In this document: positions 27,177 to 36,230 of the stretch, piece by piece
How positions within the stretch are numbered: the first letter of the stretch is position 1
Layout: every line of letters begins with the position of its first letter
Program-made: the position numbers and the translations under genes
From: a virus
Taxonomy: Duplodnaviria; Heunggongvirae; Uroviricota; Caudoviricetes
IMG/VR virus record: IMGVR_UViG_3300031344_000001
Direction: 5' to 3' (one strand)
Length of the DNA stretch: 64,000 bases
The notes under the pieces: model-generated
What the model saw: the letters and a program-made list of their open reading frames with translations, nothing else
Database searches by the model: none
Told to the model about the DNA's origin: nothing

Positions 27177-27889
27177 GGCGACTCCGTTGTCGCGCGTGAC
27201 CACAGCAGCACTGCGTCGCTGAAAGGCGCCTCGTTGTAGTGGAGGCCGACGACGCGCGTGCCGACCTCGTGTTGACGGCTGTAGTGTGTGTGCCAGTGCC
27301 CGTGGATGTGCAGCGTCGGGCGGTGCTTCTTGATGAGTGCGTCGACCCGCTCCATCGACAGCGCTTGGTCGCGCTGGTAGTCGGGGGATCCCTTGGGGAG
27401 GAAGCCTGGCGGAAGATCAGGGGCGTCGTGCGTGACGAGCACGTGGACGGGGCCGGTGGCCGACAGCGCACGGTCGAACTCGGCTGCCGTGATGCTCTCC
27501 TCGGGCCACCATGCCTGACCCTCGGTGAGGAGATCTCGGTCGATCGACGGGGCGCCACCCAAGAACAGGAAGCGGGTGCCGTCCTCGTCCTCGTGGACGG
27601 AGCCTCGTGGCTGGTAGATAACGGCCGGTGCGATCAGGGTCGCGGTGCAGGCGACCACGTGTTTCCTCAGCCGTGGGTGCTGGTCGTGGTTGCCGTCGAC
27701 GAAGCGCATGGTGACGCCGTGGGAGACGAGCGCTTTCGAGAGCGCCTTGACCCGCGAGTCGCCCGGCCAGTAGTAGCCCCAGTCACCCAGCTGCACGATC
27801 TCGGCTCCGTGTTGCTGCGCGCAGTTGACGGCCTGCATGGCGAACGCGATGTCGCCGTGCGTGTCGCCGACGAACAAGTAGGTCTTCAT
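27173..27889 (-). CDS. Lambda-phosphatase-like metallophosphoesterase
   Basis: VGDTHGD, GDWGYY, GNHD, THDAP, HGHWH motifs; about 238 aa. Confidence 0.75.
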   Translation of the reverse strand: MKTYLFVGDTHGDIAFAMQAVNCAQQHGAEIVQLGDWGYYWPGDSRVKALSKALVSHGVTMRFVDGNHDQHPRLRKHVVACTATLIAPAVIYQPRGSVHEDEDGTRFLFLGGAPSIDRDLLTEGQAWWPEESITAAEFDRALSATGPVHVLVTHDAPDLPPGFLPKGSPDYQRDQALSMERVDALIKKHRPTLHIHGHWHTHYSRQHEVGTRVVGLHYNEAPFSDAVLLWSRATTESP

Positions 27890-28098
27890 GGGGCTGACAC
27901 GTGATCGTCAATCGCGACGACCGTCCACTGGTCGAAGCTCGTCCAGCCGCAGAAGCCGCCCTCGTCGGTGGCGACCCAGAAGTCGCGGCCGTTGGCGTTC
28001 ACGACGTCGATCGTGCCGAGCTGGCCCACGGGGAACGCCCAGTGGGGCACCGTGCGACGCACGCGCTGCCCGATCCGCGGTCCGTTGGGGCTCACCAC
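27886..28098 (-). CDS. Small hypothetical protein
   Basis: GTG with GAGGAG RBS; protein-like. Confidence 0.3.
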   Translation of the reverse strand: MVSPNGPRIGQRVRRTVPHWAFPVGQLGTIDVVNANGRDFWVATDEGGFCGWTSFDQWTVVAIDDHVSAP

Positions 28099-28277
28099 CG
28101 GTGCCGCTCCTCGACGGGGTCCGGCGACGGGACCTCCTCGACGGTGTGCACGTCCCACGTCTTCCCCGCGTTGAGCGCCGCAGCGACGGCCTCCGCCTCG
28201 CGCTCGTCGAAGTGCCAGGACCGGAGCGCGCGGTCGTTGTTACGGTCGATTACGACGTAGATCTTCGGCCCTTTCAC
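28092..28277 (-). CDS. Small hypothetical protein
   Basis: GTG with GGAGG RBS; GTGA overlap with the upstream gene. Confidence 0.3.
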   Translation of the reverse strand: MKGPKIYVVIDRNNDRALRSWHFDEREAEAVAAALNAGKTWDVHTVEEVPSPDPVEERHRW

Positions 28278-28462
28278 GTGAGCCTCCGTGCGAAGAAGAG
28301 CGTCGAGAGGCCGGCGACGACGAGCGTGACGATCGGGATGCCGAGCAGGGCCTCGCTCCCGAACGTCCACCCGACCACCCATGCGGTGAACGCGACCGCT
28401 TCGCGCGCGTTCTGATGAGCGCGAGAGCAGTGCGGCGTCATGCACGCGAGCACGTGCTTCAC
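28274..28462 (-). CDS. Small membrane protein (1 TM)
   Basis: LGIPIVTLVVAGLSTLFFA. Confidence 0.35.
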   Translation of the reverse strand: MKHVLACMTPHCSRAHQNAREAVAFTAWVVGWTFGSEALLGIPIVTLVVAGLSTLFFARRLT

Positions 28463-29004
28463 GTCGCCTCCGTCGTCTCGATGACCGATCGGATCAACGC
28501 GTAGGTCTGAGGGGCCGTCGCGCCGACCGCCATCTCCTCACGGAGCTTGGCGACGAGCGTGGGCCACGCGACGGCGAAGCGCGCCCAGCGGGGGCTCACG
28601 GTCGCCATCTCGCCGATCCGCGCCTCGAACTCCGGGACCGCGTCGGTCAAAAGGACGCAGCGGCGGAGGTCGTCCGCGTCCCACGGGTGGGCCTTTTTGT
28701 CGCGATCGCTCAGGCCCATCGTGCTGCCACCGAGGTGGTGGGCGATCGCGTTGCTCGAGGACCCGCGCTCACCGTGGTTGACCCACCACTGGAGGCGCTC
28801 CGCGGTCGACGCGCCCTCGCGGACCGGTTCTGGGCGGTTGGCTGGCGTCGGCACGCAGCGCGCGTGGTCCTTCCGGAACGCCTCGCCAGCCGCGATGAGC
28901 ACGTTGATCGAGATCGGCATCGCGAGCGCCTGACGGACGCCGCAGTTCACGCAGCGGAACTCGTCGTTGCCGATGACGACATGCGGTGACTTCGACACGC
29001 TCAC
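28459..29004 (-). CDS. Hypothetical protein with N-terminal zinc ribbon
   Basis: GTGA overlap with the upstream gene; RCVNCG; the upstream R-rich part is rejected. Confidence 0.45.
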   Translation of the reverse strand: MSVSKSPHVVIGNDEFRCVNCGVRQALAMPISINVLIAAGEAFRKDHARCVPTPANRPEPVREGASTAERLQWWVNHGERGSSSNAIAHHLGGSTMGLSDRDKKAHPWDADDLRRCVLLTDAVPEFEARIGEMATVSPRWARFAVAWPTLVAKLREEMAVGATAPQTYALIRSVIETTEAT

Positions 29005-29411
29005 TTCGTCACCGCCTTCGCGCGCTTCTTCCCGGGTTTCTTTACCTTCGACGGCGGGTCGATCTCCGCGTGCTTCGACCCGAAGTGGGGAGCGACGCAG
29101 CAGCACCCGACACCCGAGCCGTTCGGGTCTGGCGCGTGGGTCTCCACGTTGATCCGCGGGTGGACGACATGCCGGTGCGTCGCGCACCCCTCGGTCCAAC
29201 CCGTGTGCCGCGTCGTGCAGCGGAACACGTCGCGGTCGCAGCACGGGCAGTACCCGACGGGCTCGATGCTCCACGTCTCAGGCCGGTAGTGGTCAGGGTC
29301 GCGGTCGATCTCCGCGCGCACGGCGTCGGCCATCATGCCTGTCCCGATCACGACCCAGCCTTTTGGTGCGCTCACTCGCTGGCCCCGCACGTCGGGCAGG
29401 GATTCATCCAC
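29001..29411 (-). CDS. Cys-rich hypothetical protein
   Basis: CPCCDRDVFRC..C..CCC. Confidence 0.4.
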   Translation of the reverse strand: MDESLPDVRGQRVSAPKGWVVIGTGMMADAVRAEIDRDPDHYRPETWSIEPVGYCPCCDRDVFRCTTRHTGWTEGCATHRHVVHPRINVETHAPDPNGSGVGCCCVAPHFGSKHAEIDPPSKVKKPGKKRAKAVTK

Positions 29412-29653
29412 GAGCCATCACGCTCGTTGTGGCCACGCTTTGCGCCGTCGTGCTTGCAGCGCGCTTGCACGATCTCGAGCAAACCGCGCACCAGTGTCTC
29501 GACGCGGTCGTGGTGCGTCTGCCATTCGTGAAGGAGCGCGCGAAGTGCGTCCGTGCTCTGCTTGATGTCTGCACTCTCGTTGGAGATCGTGAACGCTGTT
29601 TGCGCCGAGGTGAGTGCCTGCCCGAGGGCCGCTGCGAGGAAGTCTGTGCTCAT
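29372..29653 (-). CDS. Small protein with C-terminal CPTCG zinc motif
   Basis: Stop/start overlap with the ATPase gene. Confidence 0.4.
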   Translation of the reverse strand: MSTDFLAAALGQALTSAQTAFTISNESADIKQSTDALRALLHEWQTHHDRVETLVRGLLEIVQARCKHDGAKRGHNERDGSWMNPCPTCGASE

Positions 29654-30516
29654 CACGTCTCCTTGATCTTCTTCAGGGATGCCCGCGCTGTCTTGACTGC
29701 TTCCTTGGAGGTTTTTTGCGGTTTCTCCTCGGGCCACGTCTTGAGGATCTCCAGTACACCCTCGGATCCGGCCAGGTAGCGCGGGGATAGCTCGACGTAG
29801 TGGGCGCCGGGGATCTTGAGCGCGAACAGCGAGTGAGACGCGACGATGAACTGGACCTGGTCGGCGTAGGCGCGCAGGAAGCGCCAGATTCCGACCTGCG
29901 CGTTTAGGTCGTAGCTGCGCTCGGGCTCGTCGAGGAGGATCGTCGGCTGGCCCCTGGTGCTGGTGCCCTTGAGGAAGCGCTCGGCGAGCTCTGCGCGCTC
30001 GCGCCAGACGCCGTTGACGTTGGCGCGTGAGAACTTCCACGCGACCTCCGGCACCTCTCCCGCGACGATCTCGTGCGCGAGGCGCTCGAACCGGAACATC
30101 GTCGTCTGGCCGGCGGACCCCTTGAACATTGCGTTGGCGACGCCTTCCATTCCGAAGGCCCAGTCGAACCCCGCACCACCACCGACCAGGCCGACGGCGT
30201 GACTGGGGTCGAAGTGGCGCACGCCCTGCCCGTCGTGCGTGATCGCAAGGCCCTTCTTGAGGTCGACGGGCTCGTGGCCGCCGCCGACCAGCTCGGTGAG
30301 CGACTCCTGGGTCACGATCGGGTGGTTGCCCTGCTCGCAGTGGAAGAGGCGCGCGAGCACCTTGGTCAGCGACGTCTTGCCGGACCCGTTGCGCCCCCAC
30401 AGGACGTTGAGCCCGGGCTTGAACTCGAACGACCTGGGCTTCGCGAGCGCGTCGACGCGAGCGAGCCACTTCACGGGGGTCTTGGTCGGGTCGAGGATGT
30501 CGAGCTTGTGGATCAC
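29653..30516 (-). CDS. ABC-type ATPase (AAA_15/AAA_21-like), standalone
   Basis: Walker A GRNGSGKTS, Q-loop SAGQT, Walker B ILLDEPE, H-loop VASHS. Confidence 0.7.
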   Translation of the reverse strand: MIHKLDILDPTKTPVKWLARVDALAKPRSFEFKPGLNVLWGRNGSGKTSLTKVLARLFHCEQGNHPIVTQESLTELVGGGHEPVDLKKGLAITHDGQGVRHFDPSHAVGLVGGGAGFDWAFGMEGVANAMFKGSAGQTTMFRFERLAHEIVAGEVPEVAWKFSRANVNGVWRERAELAERFLKGTSTRGQPTILLDEPERSYDLNAQVGIWRFLRAYADQVQFIVASHSLFALKIPGAHYVELSPRYLAGSEGVLEILKTWPEEKPQKTSKEAVKTARASLKKIKET

Positions 30517-30920
30517 CGGGCCCCTTGCTCATTCGCCCGTGCGCGCGCGGGCATCGACAGTTCGGCCACTGAGTGGTGCGGGTCGAAGAGGCGCACGCCC
30601 CGGAAGAGGAAGGCTTCCATCAGCTCGTGGCGCACGATCAACTCGGCGAGCAGCCAGCACGTCTTCACCACGGCTGTCTCGCTCGCGCCGCGCTCGACCA
30701 GTTCCTTGCGGCCGGTGCCGACGCCGACCTCGCCGGTGCGCGTGTCGGGGCGGCGGAACGTGGTGTTGACGAGCCACCCGCGCACTTCGCCTCCGGCGAG
30801 GCGCAACTCCTCGACCTGCCACTGCCACTGCATGTTCACGCAGGACGGCGCGAACGAGACCTGGTCGAGCACCGCGTGCAGGTCGGCCTCGGTCATGATG
30901 TTCGGATTTTTGACGGTCAC
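30513..30920 (-). CDS. Hypothetical protein (135 aa)
   Basis: GTGA overlap; GGAGAGA RBS. Confidence 0.4.
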   Translation of the reverse strand: MTVKNPNIMTEADLHAVLDQVSFAPSCVNMQWQWQVEELRLAGGEVRGWLVNTTFRRPDTRTGEVGVGTGRKELVERGASETAVVKTCWLLAELIVRHELMEAFLFRGVRLFDPHHSVAELSMPARARANEQGAR

Positions 30921-31195
30921 GGTGCGGGTCTCTCCGCCAACGGGGCCGACCCGAACGTCTCGACCTCGCAGGCGACCTCTGACTCCTTGGGCGCGACGCA
31001 GCGGAAGTGCTGGTTTCCCGCCTGGCACGTGACGAGGTCGGAAGACGACTTGGCTGGTTCGTCGCATGCGACCGGCGTGAGCCCGCGGGCGCGGAGGTAG
31101 GCCGCGGCGTGCTGCGCCGACTCGTTGCACGGGGGCAGGACCGCGGCGAACACGACAGCGGCGAACAGCACCGCGTTCGCTAGGGTCAAGCGCAC
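30917..31195 (-). CDS. Small secreted Cys-containing protein (signal peptide)
   Basis: MRLTLANAVLFAAVVFAAVLPPC hydrophobic leader. Confidence 0.4.
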   Translation of the reverse strand: MRLTLANAVLFAAVVFAAVLPPCNESAQHAAAYLRARGLTPVACDEPAKSSSDLVTCQAGNQHFRCVAPKESEVACEVETFGSAPLAERPAP

Positions 31196-31428
31196 GGTAC
31201 GACCTCCAACTCTTCCGGGTCGTAGAAGGCGCGGCCTCCCTCGAACTCCACGCCGTAGCAGAGGCCGTGGGAGTCGTGGTGCTCGCGCACGACGCCGACT
31301 TCACCGTCGTGCCGGACCCTCGCGGCGATCGCGTCGCCCGTGTAGTCGCCCGTGCCCACGCGGCGCACGAGCGCCCTGACGTGCGTGCCGTTCTTGATCG
31401 GTGGGTAGGTCGTGGTCACGAGGTTCAC
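31186..31428 (-). CDS. Small protein coupled to SPFH gene (possible NfeD-like/OB-fold partner)
   Basis: GTGA overlap with the SPFH stop. Confidence 0.35.
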   Translation of the reverse strand: MNLVTTTYPPIKNGTHVRALVRRVGTGDYTGDAIAARVRHDGEVGVVREHHDSHGLCYGVEFEGGRAFYDPEELEVVPCA

Positions 31429-32327
31429 TTGACCTGGATCATCGGGATCGAGCCGCCCGTGACCGTGGGCAGGTACCCCGACCACTTCTGCGCCTTGACG
31501 TACTCGATGAGCTGCGGTGTCACCGAGTCGGATAGCTCCTTGTTCGCCTTCGCCTGCGCGTCGGCGACGGTCTGGATCGCCGCGGCGTCGCCCTCGGCCT
31601 GCGCCTTCTTCGCGTCGGCCTGCCCCTTCGCGACGGCCACAGCCTGCGCGGCTTCCGCCTGCTTCTTGCGGACCTCCTGCTCGCTCTGCTGCGCCTGCTG
31701 GACCATCGCGACCTTCGCGTTGATCGCGTTGATGACCTGCTGCGGGGGCTCGATGCGGTTGATGGTGAACTGAGAGATCACGAACCCCAGCGGGCCGAGC
31801 GCCTTCTCCAGGAGCGTCTGCACCTCGGCGCGCGCGGTCTCCTTCTTGGTGGAGTACAGCTCCTCGGCCGTGTACTTCGCGAACGTGTTCTGTAGCTCCT
31901 CGCGGATGGTCTGGCGGATGTACTTGTGCGAAATGTTCTCGATGTCGTCGCGCCACTTCGCGTAGATCTGCGGCACCTTCTTCGGGTCGAGCGTGAAGTT
32001 GAGCGCGACGTCGCACTCGATGCCGAGGCCCTCGGACGAGGTCACGATGATCGACTGGTCCTCCTTGGCGCCCTCGTGCAGGCTCTTCGTGAGGATGAGG
32101 GACTGCATCGAGATCGGGTACTCCTCGACCTCCTCGCAGAACAGATCGCGCCAGTAGTAGCCGGTCGGGATGGGGTCGTCGGAGACGCCCCCGCCGCCGC
32201 ACTTCTTGACGGAGACGCCCACGTAGCCGGGGCGGATCTTCTCCATCTTGGCTCGCAACACGGCCCCGGTGATGATGGCTGCCAGGCCGACGAGGCTGAT
32301 GACGGTGATGACGACGAATTTTTTCAT
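31425..32327 (-). CDS. SPFH/band-7 (stomatin/HflC-like) membrane protein
   Basis: N-terminal TM helix MKKFVVITVISLVGLAAIITGAV; SPFH core; C-terminal coiled-coil QQAQQSEQEVRKKQAEAAQAVAVAKGQADAKKAQAEG. Confidence 0.8.
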   Translation of the reverse strand: MKKFVVITVISLVGLAAIITGAVLRAKMEKIRPGYVGVSVKKCGGGGVSDDPIPTGYYWRDLFCEEVEEYPISMQSLILTKSLHEGAKEDQSIIVTSSEGLGIECDVALNFTLDPKKVPQIYAKWRDDIENISHKYIRQTIREELQNTFAKYTAEELYSTKKETARAEVQTLLEKALGPLGFVISQFTINRIEPPQQVINAINAKVAMVQQAQQSEQEVRKKQAEAAQAVAVAKGQADAKKAQAEGDAAAIQTVADAQAKANKELSDSVTPQLIEYVKAQKWSGYLPTVTGGSIPMIQVK

Positions 32328-32572
32328 GGTGTCCCTTCGTTCCTGTTGCAGCCCCGGTGGTACCAGTACGGGTTGATGAAGAGGTCGACGGCGGGGTCCG
32401 TCGGCTTCTTGCAGAAGTGGCAGCATCGCGCCCGCTCGGCCGCCTCGGCTCGCGCGTTCTCTTCGCCGCGCACCTCGGGCTTGGTCTTGCGCCAGTAAGC
32501 GCGCAGCCCGAGCAGCGTGCCGAGCCCCAGCGCCACCGCGCCGACCACCACGGCGACGTCTATCGCGAGCAC
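32324..32572 (-). CDS. Small membrane-anchored zinc-ribbon protein
   Basis: TM helix plus CCHFCKK..YWYHRGC; ATGA overlap with the SPFH gene. Confidence 0.45.
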   Translation of the reverse strand: MLAIDVAVVVGAVALGLGTLLGLRAYWRKTKPEVRGEENARAEAAERARCCHFCKKPTDPAVDLFINPYWYHRGCNRNEGTP

Positions 32573-32696
32573 GTCACCCCCGTAGGTACGGTCGCGACGG
32601 CCGTCAACCGAAAGTTGTTTTCGTGATGGAACTCAACTGCTTTGGAGGCGCAGCGCCTTGGCACGCAGTGGGGTGATCGCACGGTTCGTGGGCACG

Positions 32697-33464
32697 TCAC
32701 GTCGACCAGCCCTTCTGAGCGTCTAGCCAGCGCTGAATCACGGCAACGCGCGCTTCCTCGCGCGCTTTCTCTCGCGTCTCTTCGCGGACCTGTTTCTCGC
32801 CGGTCAGTTCGGCAATCGCGTCGTGCAGAAGCGTCTGGAAGATGGGGCCATGCTGCTCATAGTTTGGTGCGGCGAGGTGTGCCAACTCGTGGATGAGCGT
32901 CGCCAGATCGTCGCCAGCGTTCGCGCCGGTCGTAACAACCAGGCGCTGCAAGCCAACCCGCGCGTGACCGCTAGCGCGCTGTCGGCCACGCTGGATCATG
33001 ACCTCGTCAAGCCCCTCAAAGGCGCAAGAGCCGGGATTCGCGTGCAGGAAAGCCTCGGCGTTCTCGCGCGGGACGATCGTGCAGAGCGTGTTGCCCTGGC
33101 GGATCACGATCGTCGGCGCCCAGAGCCCGTAGCCCTGCGTGACCAGGTGCCAACGGCAGTGCTTGCAGCGCAGGGAAGCGCCGATCGGATCGGGGACGAG
33201 GCCGGCATCGCACGAGGGGCAGTAGCGCTGGCCAGCCGGATGGTTCTCGGCAAAGGCACGCCGGAGCGAGGAGAGTCGAACGATTCTCGGCACCCACGCG
33301 CGGAGCCAGTTGGCTGCGTCGGGGATCGCGCGGTTGAATGATGTCGCGAGCGCCGCGTGCATGACCTCGGTGGACGTCTGCTGGTCCTGGTGCTTCGACC
33401 AAGGACGCCGAGACCTCAGGATCCGCGCGACCACTTCGTCGACCACTTCGTCGTTATTATTCAA
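32697..33464 (-). CDS. DUF45/YgjP-like HExxH metal-dependent hydrolase with central zinc ribbon
   Basis: LIHELAHLAAPNYEQHGPIFQTLL; CPSCDAG..CKHCRW. Confidence 0.55.
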   Translation of the reverse strand: MNNNDEVVDEVVARILRSRRPWSKHQDQQTSTEVMHAALATSFNRAIPDAANWLRAWVPRIVRLSSLRRAFAENHPAGQRYCPSCDAGLVPDPIGASLRCKHCRWHLVTQGYGLWAPTIVIRQGNTLCTIVPRENAEAFLHANPGSCAFEGLDEVMIQRGRQRASGHARVGLQRLVVTTGANAGDDLATLIHELAHLAAPNYEQHGPIFQTLLHDAIAELTGEKQVREETREKAREEARVAVIQRWLDAQKGWST

Positions 33465-33507
33465 GCGTAACTCCTTGAGCAGGCGTTAACTGGATTCGTT
33501 CCGGTTG

Positions 33508-33837
33508 TTACCCGCGGCGTCTTGCGGTGAGGCACTTCAACGCGGCCATCTTCGCTGCGTACGCGATCGTCTGCATCTCGGCTTCCGTGAAACCAGGCTC
33601 GACGGCCTCGTCAAGGCCGAGGTTGGCCACCACCTTGTCACGCTGCATGAGGTGTCCCCTGCCGCCGTCGCGTGCGTCACGTGCGTCGCGGTACCCCGAC
33701 CAGTAGACGTGGATCATGGTCTCCGCGTGCGGGGGCCCGGCGTCGAGGGAGGAGAAGGCGCGCGGGTTGATCGTCTTGGTCCACGCGGGGGCACGCTTCG
33801 TCTTCGTCTTCGTTTTCGTTTCACGCTTTGCGGTCAC
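33508..33837 (-). CDS. Small protein with N-terminal KRETKTKTKTKR basic repeat
   Basis: GTG with GGAGAA RBS; the R-rich upstream ORF extension is rejected. Confidence 0.35.
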   Translation of the reverse strand: MTAKRETKTKTKTKRAPAWTKTINPRAFSSLDAGPPHAETMIHVYWSGYRDARDARDGGRGHLMQRDKVVANLGLDEAVEPGFTEAEMQTIAYAAKMAALKCLTARRRG

Positions 33838-33947
33838 GCGCGTTCTCCTTCGTGGCTGTTGTAGATCATTCTCCGCGTCCCCATGCACTCGCGGCGAGTG
33901 CAATTTCGATCTCGTTGTGGAACGGCCCGCGTTCGGGATCGGACAGG

Positions 33948-34520
33948 TCACCGCCGCTGGCCAACCAGGCGGACTTCGTGGCGTCCATCCGACCTGCGAC
34001 ATTCGCCCGTGGACGCGCACTCCACGATGACGGGGCGGTCGTCGTAGGGGTTCACGTCGTGGCCCATCCTCGCGACGACGTCGCTGATGAGTTGCTTGGT
34101 CATCACTGTGGGGACTGGGCGCTCGAAGAGCCAGATGAGGAAGTGGCGCAGCGCGCCTGCGCGGTCCTCGTGGGTGCGCGGACCGTCGCAGCCCTCGCCG
34201 GGTCGCGCGTGGCACTTCTCGCAGGCGACGTCGCTCGGTCTGAACGGCAGGAGACCCATCACCGCGAGCGCCGCGCTCTCGCGGAGGCCGATCGCCGGGC
34301 ACCGCTCGCGGGCGCGCGCGATCAAGTCGGCGCCGTCCTTCACGTTCGCGTCGATCAGCGCGTCTATCGAGGGGTGCTCCACGGACATGATCGTCGTGCG
34401 CGTCGTCGTAGACTCCACGTAGACGACGTCGCCACGACACGAGCCGTCCGGTCGATCGTAGACGTCCATCGCCAGGAAGTGCCCGGAGAGCCCGACGGTG
34501 CCGCGCTTGGTCTCACTCAT
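33948..34520 (-). CDS. Cys-rich hypothetical protein (190 aa)
   Basis: ORF track; CEKCHARPGEGCDGP..; ATGA overlap with the upstream gene. Confidence 0.4.
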   Translation of the reverse strand: MSETKRGTVGLSGHFLAMDVYDRPDGSCRGDVVYVESTTTRTTIMSVEHPSIDALIDANVKDGADLIARARERCPAIGLRESAALAVMGLLPFRPSDVACEKCHARPGEGCDGPRTHEDRAGALRHFLIWLFERPVPTVMTKQLISDVVARMGHDVNPYDDRPVIVECASTGECRRSDGRHEVRLVGQRR

Positions 34521-34948
34521 CGTACGCCGCCCCCAGCAGCCGCCATCGCGCGCAGGAGCCGCCGCTCGAGGATCATCAGCAAGTGCCGCGCCTGGTTGTC
34601 GGTGAGCTTGAACGGTCTGGTCATTTGACGTCCTCCTTCTGGCGCTTCACGCGCTCGACGAGGGCTCGCCGCTCTGGTTCGTGACGCTCGGCGTCGTTGG
34701 GTCTGTCGACCGTGTAGTAGTCGGTGACGACGTACACCGGGCAGCCACTGCGGTCTGCGGTCGACGTGGCGCCGGTTCGCGCCGCTGCGCCCGACGACCC
34801 CGAGCACGGCCCCCACGAGCAGGCGGAGCTTGCGCTCGTTCGTTGCGCGGATCGGCTTGAGGTCGAGCGCGTGCTTGCCGCCGAGCATGAACGCGCGCGC
34901 CCCCAACTCGACCAGGAGCTTCCAGGACCTCTCCTCGTGGACGTTCAC
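34517..34948 (-). CDS. Hypothetical protein. Possibly two coupled ORFs; an internal ATG at 34624 has a strong AAGGAGG RBS.
   Basis: GTGA overlap with the upstream gene; the middle segment is R-rich and uncertain. Confidence 0.3.
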   Translation of the reverse strand: MNVHEERSWKLLVELGARAFMLGGKHALDLKPIRATNERKLRLLVGAVLGVVGRSGANRRHVDRRPQWLPGVRRHRLLHGRQTQRRRASRTRAASPRRAREAPEGGRQMTRPFKLTDNQARHLLMILERRLLRAMAAAGGGVR

Positions 34949-35766
34949 GCGGCCACCGCTTCTTCGTCGACCTTCTTGGGGTAGGCGACCGGGTCGCCGT
35001 TCGCGTCGACGATCGCGAGCCGCGCGACGTCCTTGCGCAGCCGCCGGTCCAAGGCCCAGAGGTAGCGGTAGTTGCCGCGGTGACGCATGCGGCGGGCGAC
35101 GCCCGGGAGCTGCGCAGTCAGCCACGCTCCGAGGTCCTGCCCGAGGTCGAGCGGGGGCACCGCGCCGTGCTCGACGAGCTTGTTGATCGCGGCCCGGTAG
35201 CCGCGGGCGCGCGCGGGGATCTTGGACAGCGTGCGATCGGAGAGCACGGTGCCGTCGGGGAGGAGCCAGATCTTCCGCGCCTGGGTTCGGCCGCCGTAGA
35301 CCGCGTTCGTGGCCTGGTAGATGTTCCCGACGTGACCGGGCAGCACCAGGGTGCCGTCGGACGCGCGGCGGGGGCACGGGTCGCTGTGGCTGACGAGCGC
35401 CTCGATACCCTTGGCGCGCAGGCGATCGAAGCAGCGCGCGAGGAACCAACTCTCGCCGTTGCCGGCCACGCTCGAGAGCAGCACGAAGCGCCCCAGCTCG
35501 ATGCCGGCCATGCGCTCGCAGGGCAGCCGTCGCAGTACAGCCTCGTTGGGTGGGTGCGAGAACACCGCGACGCCGACGAGCAGCGCTCCCTGGTAGAGGC
35601 CGAAGCGCGCGCGGGCGGCGGGGTAGCTGCCGCTGTAGTGGTGCTCCTCGACGAAGGTCCTGGGCGTGGTGTCGTCGAGCAGCTCGACGACCTCGTGGGC
35701 CCGCGTGTCGATGATCTCGCTCGGGTCGCGCCAGGTGCCGAGGCGCTGGTACCAGCGCTGGTTCAC
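34945..35766 (-). CDS. Hypothetical protein, possibly GNAT-like acyltransferase fold
   Basis: GTGA overlap; EEHHYSGSY and LVGVAVFSHP segments; the upstream R-rich part of the ORF is rejected. Confidence 0.4.
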   Translation of the reverse strand: MNQRWYQRLGTWRDPSEIIDTRAHEVVELLDDTTPRTFVEEHHYSGSYPAARARFGLYQGALLVGVAVFSHPPNEAVLRRLPCERMAGIELGRFVLLSSVAGNGESWFLARCFDRLRAKGIEALVSHSDPCPRRASDGTLVLPGHVGNIYQATNAVYGGRTQARKIWLLPDGTVLSDRTLSKIPARARGYRAAINKLVEHGAVPPLDLGQDLGAWLTAQLPGVARRMRHRGNYRYLWALDRRLRKDVARLAIVDANGDPVAYPKKVDEEAVAA

Positions 35767-36230
35767 GGGGTGTCTCTCTCGACGGTGGCGGCGAGTTGTT
35801 GCTTCAACCACTGGAGGCGCTGGCCGACCTGCATCTTGGCGAGCGGTTCGTGGAACGTCGCTTGGTGGAATCCCGCGCTCCGGATCGGCTGCGCGTAGTC
35901 TTTCCCGGCGTAGACGTGGATCTGACGATCTACGCCCTGGTGACGGTTCACGATTGAACCCCACACGCGGAGACCCCAGATCACGCGCCATTCCTTGGCG
36001 ATGTTGCCCATCGTGAGGTCGTACGGCGCGACCACCTGGTCGAGAGCTACCAACTCGTGCTTGGCGCTGATGACGTAGACGACGTCGTGACGGCGCTCCG
36101 CGAGCTCCAGCGTCGATCGAAACAGCTGCGACGTGTAGAACTGCCGCGCGGGCGCGGGGTGCTTGAGCTTGGGCCCCGAGCAGCCCACGAGCGCGATGGA
36201 GACGGAGGTCACGACGGCCCTCGCTTGCAT
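35763..36230 (-). CDS. Hypothetical protein with lipoprotein-like N-terminus
   Basis: SVSIALVGCSG lipobox-like leader; protein-like. Confidence 0.45.
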   Translation of the reverse strand: MQARAVVTSVSIALVGCSGPKLKHPAPARQFYTSQLFRSTLELAERRHDVVYVISAKHELVALDQVVAPYDLTMGNIAKEWRVIWGLRVWGSIVNRHQGVDRQIHVYAGKDYAQPIRSAGFHQATFHEPLAKMQVGQRLQWLKQQLAATVERDTP

